A DNA stretch of 55,782 bases from Octopus bimaculoides (lineage: Eukaryota): contig NC_068984.1 in assembly GCF_001194135.2 (NCBI RefSeq), positions 68,989,670-69,045,451 on the forward strand, given 5' to 3'. Shown one piece after another: positions 51,501-55,782 of the stretch. Each line of letters begins with the position of its first letter. The stretch's first letter is position 1. The notes below the pieces were generated by a model that worked only from the letters and a program-made list of their open reading frames with translations, did no database searches and was not told where the DNA came from. The position numbers and the translations under genes are program-made.

Positions 51501-51977
51501 TCCAATCATAGGTAGTCAGTAGCTTGTAACATTATTGATAGCGAATTTTATGGCACTACTTTACGCATAGATATTTTAACTTACATAAAACAATGGGTAT
51601 TAATCTAAATACATCTTTGTGTATTCCTTTGTTTTTAGTTTTGAAAATCCTCCCACTAGTGAAAGATCCAGTCTCCAGCACAGAAACAAGGCTCCTTCGT
51701 TGAATGTTAAACATACGCATCAATTATGTTTTCATGTATGAATGTATGTATGTAGGTAGGTAGGTATCGTTCTATCCATCTTCACATGCAGGCATGTGTA
51801 CTTATACGTTTGTACGCTTCCCTGCCGTTGTGTGAATCTTTTTTATAAGTAAATCTGTTTTCATTAGTGTGCGTATAGAGATTTTTTAATGTGTGTGTAT
51901 GTTTGTGTGTGTGCGCGCGTGTATTTGTGTTTGCGTGTACATACAACAAGCCACAACAATGAAATATTAAACCTTTC

Positions 51978-52130
51978 TTATTTTAGTCACTGAACTGCGG
52001 CCATACTGGGGCACCGTCTTAAAGGGTTTTGTCAAACACGTTAATGCTCGTATTTGACCCACCTGTCACTTTTTGACAAACCACTAAAATAGAGGAACAC
52101 AAACAAACCAAAGCGGGGGTGCTAAACAAA
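51978..52130 (-). mobile_element. SINE 3' portion of a second family
   Basis: Minus strand ends aagacggtgccccagtatggccgcagttcagtgactaaaataagaaa. Confidence 0.7.
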
Positions 52131-52139
52131 CACAAAGAT

Positions 52140-52248
52140 ATGTATTTCTGTCTATCTATCAATCTATCTATCTATCTATATCTATCTATCTATATATCTA
52201 TCTATCTATCTATCTATCTATCTACAGATACATATATATATATATGTG

Positions 52249-52303
<55 letters not shown>
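52140..52303. repeat. Compound (CTAT)n-(TA)n-(TG)n microsatellite bordering a gap
   Basis: Read directly. Confidence 0.95.
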
Positions 52304-52981
52304 NNNNNNNNNNNNNNNNNNNNNNNNNNNNNNNNNNNNNNNNNNNNNNNNNNNNNNNNNNNNNNNNNNNNNNNNNNNNNNNNNNNNNNNNNNNNNNNNN
52401 NNNNNNNNNNNNNNNNNNNNNNNNNNNNNNNNNNNNNNNNNNNNNNNNNNNNNNNNNNNNNNNNNNNNNNNNNNNNNNNNNNNNNNNNNNNNNNNNNNNN
52501 NNNNNNNNNNNNNNNNNNNNNNNNNNNNNNNNNNNNNNNNNNNNNNNNNNNNNNNNNNNNNNNNNNNNNNNNNNNNNNNNNNNNNNNNNNNNNNNNNNNN
52601 NNNNNNNNNNNNNNNNNNNNNNNNNNNNNNNNNNNNNNNNNNNNNNNNNNNNNNNNNNNNNNNNNNNNNNNNNNNNNNNNNNNNNNNNNNNNNNNNNNNN
52701 NNNNNNNNNNNNNNNNNNNNNNNNNNNNNNNNNNNNNNNNNNNNNNNNNNNNNNNNNNNNNNNNNNNNNNNNNNNNNNNNNNNNNNNNNNNNNNNNNNNN
52801 NNNNNNNNNNNNNNNNNNNNNNNNNNNNNNNNNNNNNNNNNNNNNNNNNNNNNNNNNNNNNNNNNNNNNNNNNNNNNNNNNNNNNNNNNNNNNNNNNNNN
52901 NNNNNNNNNNNNNNNNNNNNNNNNNNNNNNNNNNNNNNNNNNNNNNNNNNNNNNNNNNNNNNNNNNNNNNNNNNNNNNNNN

Positions 52982-53014
<33 letters not shown>

Positions 53015-53068
53015 TATCATTTATTATTTATATACACACACACACACGCATATACACTTATATGTATA

Positions 53069-53300
53069 AGTGTTCTTTTGGCCTTGAGGCTATATTCTGT
53101 TCGTTTCTTATTTATTTCGTCTTTGCCTTTGTCAATCGTCTTAAAGTATATTTATTCACTTTCGTATGTTCACTTCTGCATCGCTTGTTATACATGTATT
53201 GCTTACTCTCGGCCCTATATTCTCCTCAACTTTCACGGGCACCACCAGCTTGGGAATCATCTCAGTCTTATCATTAATGGTGCAAAGGGAGTAGTAACAT
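53069..53300. repeat. Copy 1 of an unclassified pyrimidine-rich direct repeat
   Basis: gtgttcttttggcc...ctctcggcc and ttatcattaatggtgc match 53844-54020; copy 1 has a ~50-bp insert. Confidence 0.8.
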
Positions 53301-53843
53301 CTGGTTGATAACTGATGAAGAATTAGAGACCTTCTGTGTCCGTCTTCCATCCGACTGTGCACTCAATATACTTTATACGTTATACGTTTTTTACTTTTCG
53401 TTTGTGTATTTACTATACAGTTTTCACCTATTAAGTAACGGAAAGCAACGCACCCTGGTTTTTATTAATAGTAAATTATTTAGATAACCGTGCGACTCTA
53501 TTTGTAGCCTTTCCTCTTTCTCTTGTTTCCTCTCTTCGTCTCTTCCCTTTTTTCTCTTTCTCTCACACTCTTACTTCTACTTCTAGCCCTTCTTCTTTCT
53601 CTATTTCGTCTTCATCACTTCTTTTTCTCTCTGTCACACACATTCTCTCTCTTTCTCTCTCTCTCGCCCTCTTTCTCCTCTGCTTGCTGCTGACATTTGG
53701 CCCGTGGCCGGCCTTTCTTTCTCTTCCTTTTTTACACCGGTCACGTAGCTGCCCGGTCCTAAATTCTCTATGTTACTCTGGTACATATCTTGCTTTTTGT
53801 CGTTTTAATCCTTTAGGATTGCCCTTAAGCGTTACCCACCATT

Positions 53844-54020
53844 CGTGTTCTTTTGGCCCTGCGGCCGTATTCTGTTCGTTTCCGATTTATTTCGTCTCTT
53901 TGTCTTTCGTCTATCGTCTTAAATTATATGTATTGACTTTTGTATGTCCACTTCTGTATCACTTGTTATCCATGTACTGTTTGCTCTCGGCCTTATCATT
54001 AATGGTGCGAAACAGAGTAA
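53844..54020. repeat. Copy 2 of the unclassified direct repeat
   Basis: Aligns with 53069-53300. Confidence 0.8.
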
Positions 54021-54024
54021 CACA

Positions 54025-54237
54025 AAGGCGGTGAGCTGGCAGAAAGGTTAGCAAGTCGGGCGAAATGATTAGCGGTATTTCGTCTGTCTCTACGATCTGA
54101 GTTCAAATTCCACTGAGTTCGATTTTGCCTTTCATCCTTTCGGGGTCGATAAATTAAGAACTAGTTGCGTACTGGGGTTGAGCTAATTGACTGCCCCTCC
54201 CCTAATATTTCGGGCCTCGTGCCTAGAGTAGAAAAGA
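54025..54237 (+). mobile_element. Full-length tRNA-related SINE with Deu/Nin-like central block
   Basis: aaggcggtgagctggcagaa head, gagttcaaattcc B-box-like motif, central tttgcctttcatcctttcggggtcgataaattaag resembling the Deu/Nin SINE domain, tail ggcctcgtgcctagagtagaaaagaa. Confidence 0.85.
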
Positions 54238-55782
54238 AAGTGAGTAATACCATCTNNNNNNNNNNNNNNNNNNNNNNNNNNNNNNNNNNNNNNNNNNNNN
54301 NNNNNNNNNNNNNNNNNNNNNNNNNNNNNNNNNNNNNNNNNNNNNNNNNNNNNNNNNNNNNNNNNNNNNNNNNNNNNNNNNNNNNNNNNNNNNNNNNNNN
54401 NNNNNNNNNNNNNNNNNNNNNNNNNNNNNNNNNNNNNNNNNNNNNNNNNNNNNNNNNNNNNNNNNNNNNNNNNNNNNNNNNNNNNNNNNNNNNNNNNNNN
54501 NNNNNNNNNNNNNNNNNNNNNNNNNNNNNNNNNNNNNNNNNNNNNNNNNNNNNNNNNNNNNNNNNNNNNNNNNNNNNNNNNNNNNNNNNNNNNNNNNNNN
54601 NNNNNNNNNNNNNNNNNNNNNNNNNNNNNNNNNNNNNNNNNNNNNNNNNNNNNNNNNNNNNNNNNNNNNNNNNNNNNNNNNNNNNNNNNNNNNNNNNNNN
54701 NNNNNNNNNNNNNNNNNNNNNNNNNNNNNNNNNNNNNNNNNNNNNNNNNNNNNNNNNNNNNNNNNNNNNNNNNNNNNNNNNNNNNNNNNNNNNNNNNNNN
54801 NNNNNNNNNNNNTATATATTTCTTTTAATTGTTTGAAATGTTAATTTCCTTATTTGTGTCACGTTTAGGTTTGTGAATTCTAGCTCCCCTAAGCATCGAG
54901 CGGGGCAGTTATTTACATTAAAAAAATTGCCGTGATAATCGCGGGTGTAAGTTTTTATAAGATTTTAGCCCATGGTCTAAATTTCACCATAGTTTGGTAC
55001 AAATGTTTTCTCTCTCTCTCTCTCTCTCTCTCTCATCTTTAATAAAATGTTGATATCTGATAACCATTTGATTTGTGTTGTTATTCACAGTTTCCATTTT
55101 CTGTCCCTGATCACTGCGGTGGTCTGACATGCCCTTATTTTAAACAGATTTCTACTAGCTCGTTCTGACCACTCTCTTTCATATTATGAGTGAATCTAGC
55201 CACCGAATTACTGCAACCTTATACGTATAACTATATTGAACTCTCTTTTGTACGAATTTTGTCATAGGAAAAGAAGGATGGACGATGGTCATGTGGGAGC
55301 CCTCCTCTCCCCATCCTGTTTTTCTCACTTATCCTATCTCCAAATTTTTCCTCTCCCCTTCACAGTTCTCTGTTTGTCAACTCTCTCTCCCTCACTCTTC
55401 CTCCCTTGCTCAGGTGGCTCCCACGTGACCATCGGCCATCTTTCTACTCCTAACTTGTGTTTCTTTCTTTCCTTTGTAGCTAGATCAAGAAAGGCGTGTT
55501 CTTGTCTGTCTCTTGACCAAGCTTAATTTACGCGTTCGCCACCAGAACCTCGTTTAGGCTTAGCAGCCTTCCTGTTTGTTTTCACTGTCCTGTTTGTGTT
55601 ACCTATTTTGACCCTCCGCAAAATCCCAAATTTGATTTAATTTGCTTTGAGGGAGCAACTGTTTTATCGAAAGCGTATCTTGCTAAAGGCTCGTAATACA
55701 TGAGTATAAAAACAGCCAACAACTGATGAAGGGTCGTTCTTTATGTTGTTTTCCATTTGTGTCTTTCATTGTTCGAAAAAAT

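Noticed and set aside
1-55782. CRISPR arrays, rRNA, true tRNA genes, prokaryotic operons
   Set aside because: None seen; tRNA-like boxes all belong to SINE heads.

Overview
AT-rich, microsatellite-dense animal genomic DNA from a gapped draft assembly. The tRNA-derived SINEs, mariner/Penelope content and (TA)/(CA)/(TAG) runs look like a coleoid cephalopod, probably Octopus; this is inferred from repeat style. No host protein-coding exon can be identified with confidence, and most ORFs in the track are microsatellite or N-gap artefacts. The window is a graveyard of decayed elements: five mariner (DD34D) copies, most internally deleted, one Tc1 (DD34E), one maT-like (DD37D), two Penelope-like GIY-YIG fragments, RTE and CR1/L2-type LINE fragments, a Gypsy gag remnant, a Helentron-type non-autonomous element and several SINEs. 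Four signals stand out. (1) A near-complete type I hammerhead ribozyme (41327-41375) lies in a two-unit repeat whose other unit has a dead hammerhead (39332-39383). (2) That array is interrupted by a 1.7-kb zinc-knuckle ORF1-only LINE-like element bounded by an apparent 11-bp target-site duplication. (3) A duplicated ~190-bp block (45424-45621 / 47260-47445) has a 61-nt hairpin differing only by two G-U-compatible changes, a candidate small-RNA gene pair. (4) A fold-back mariner structure spans 19884-20676. All structures were read by eye; no searches or folding programs were run.
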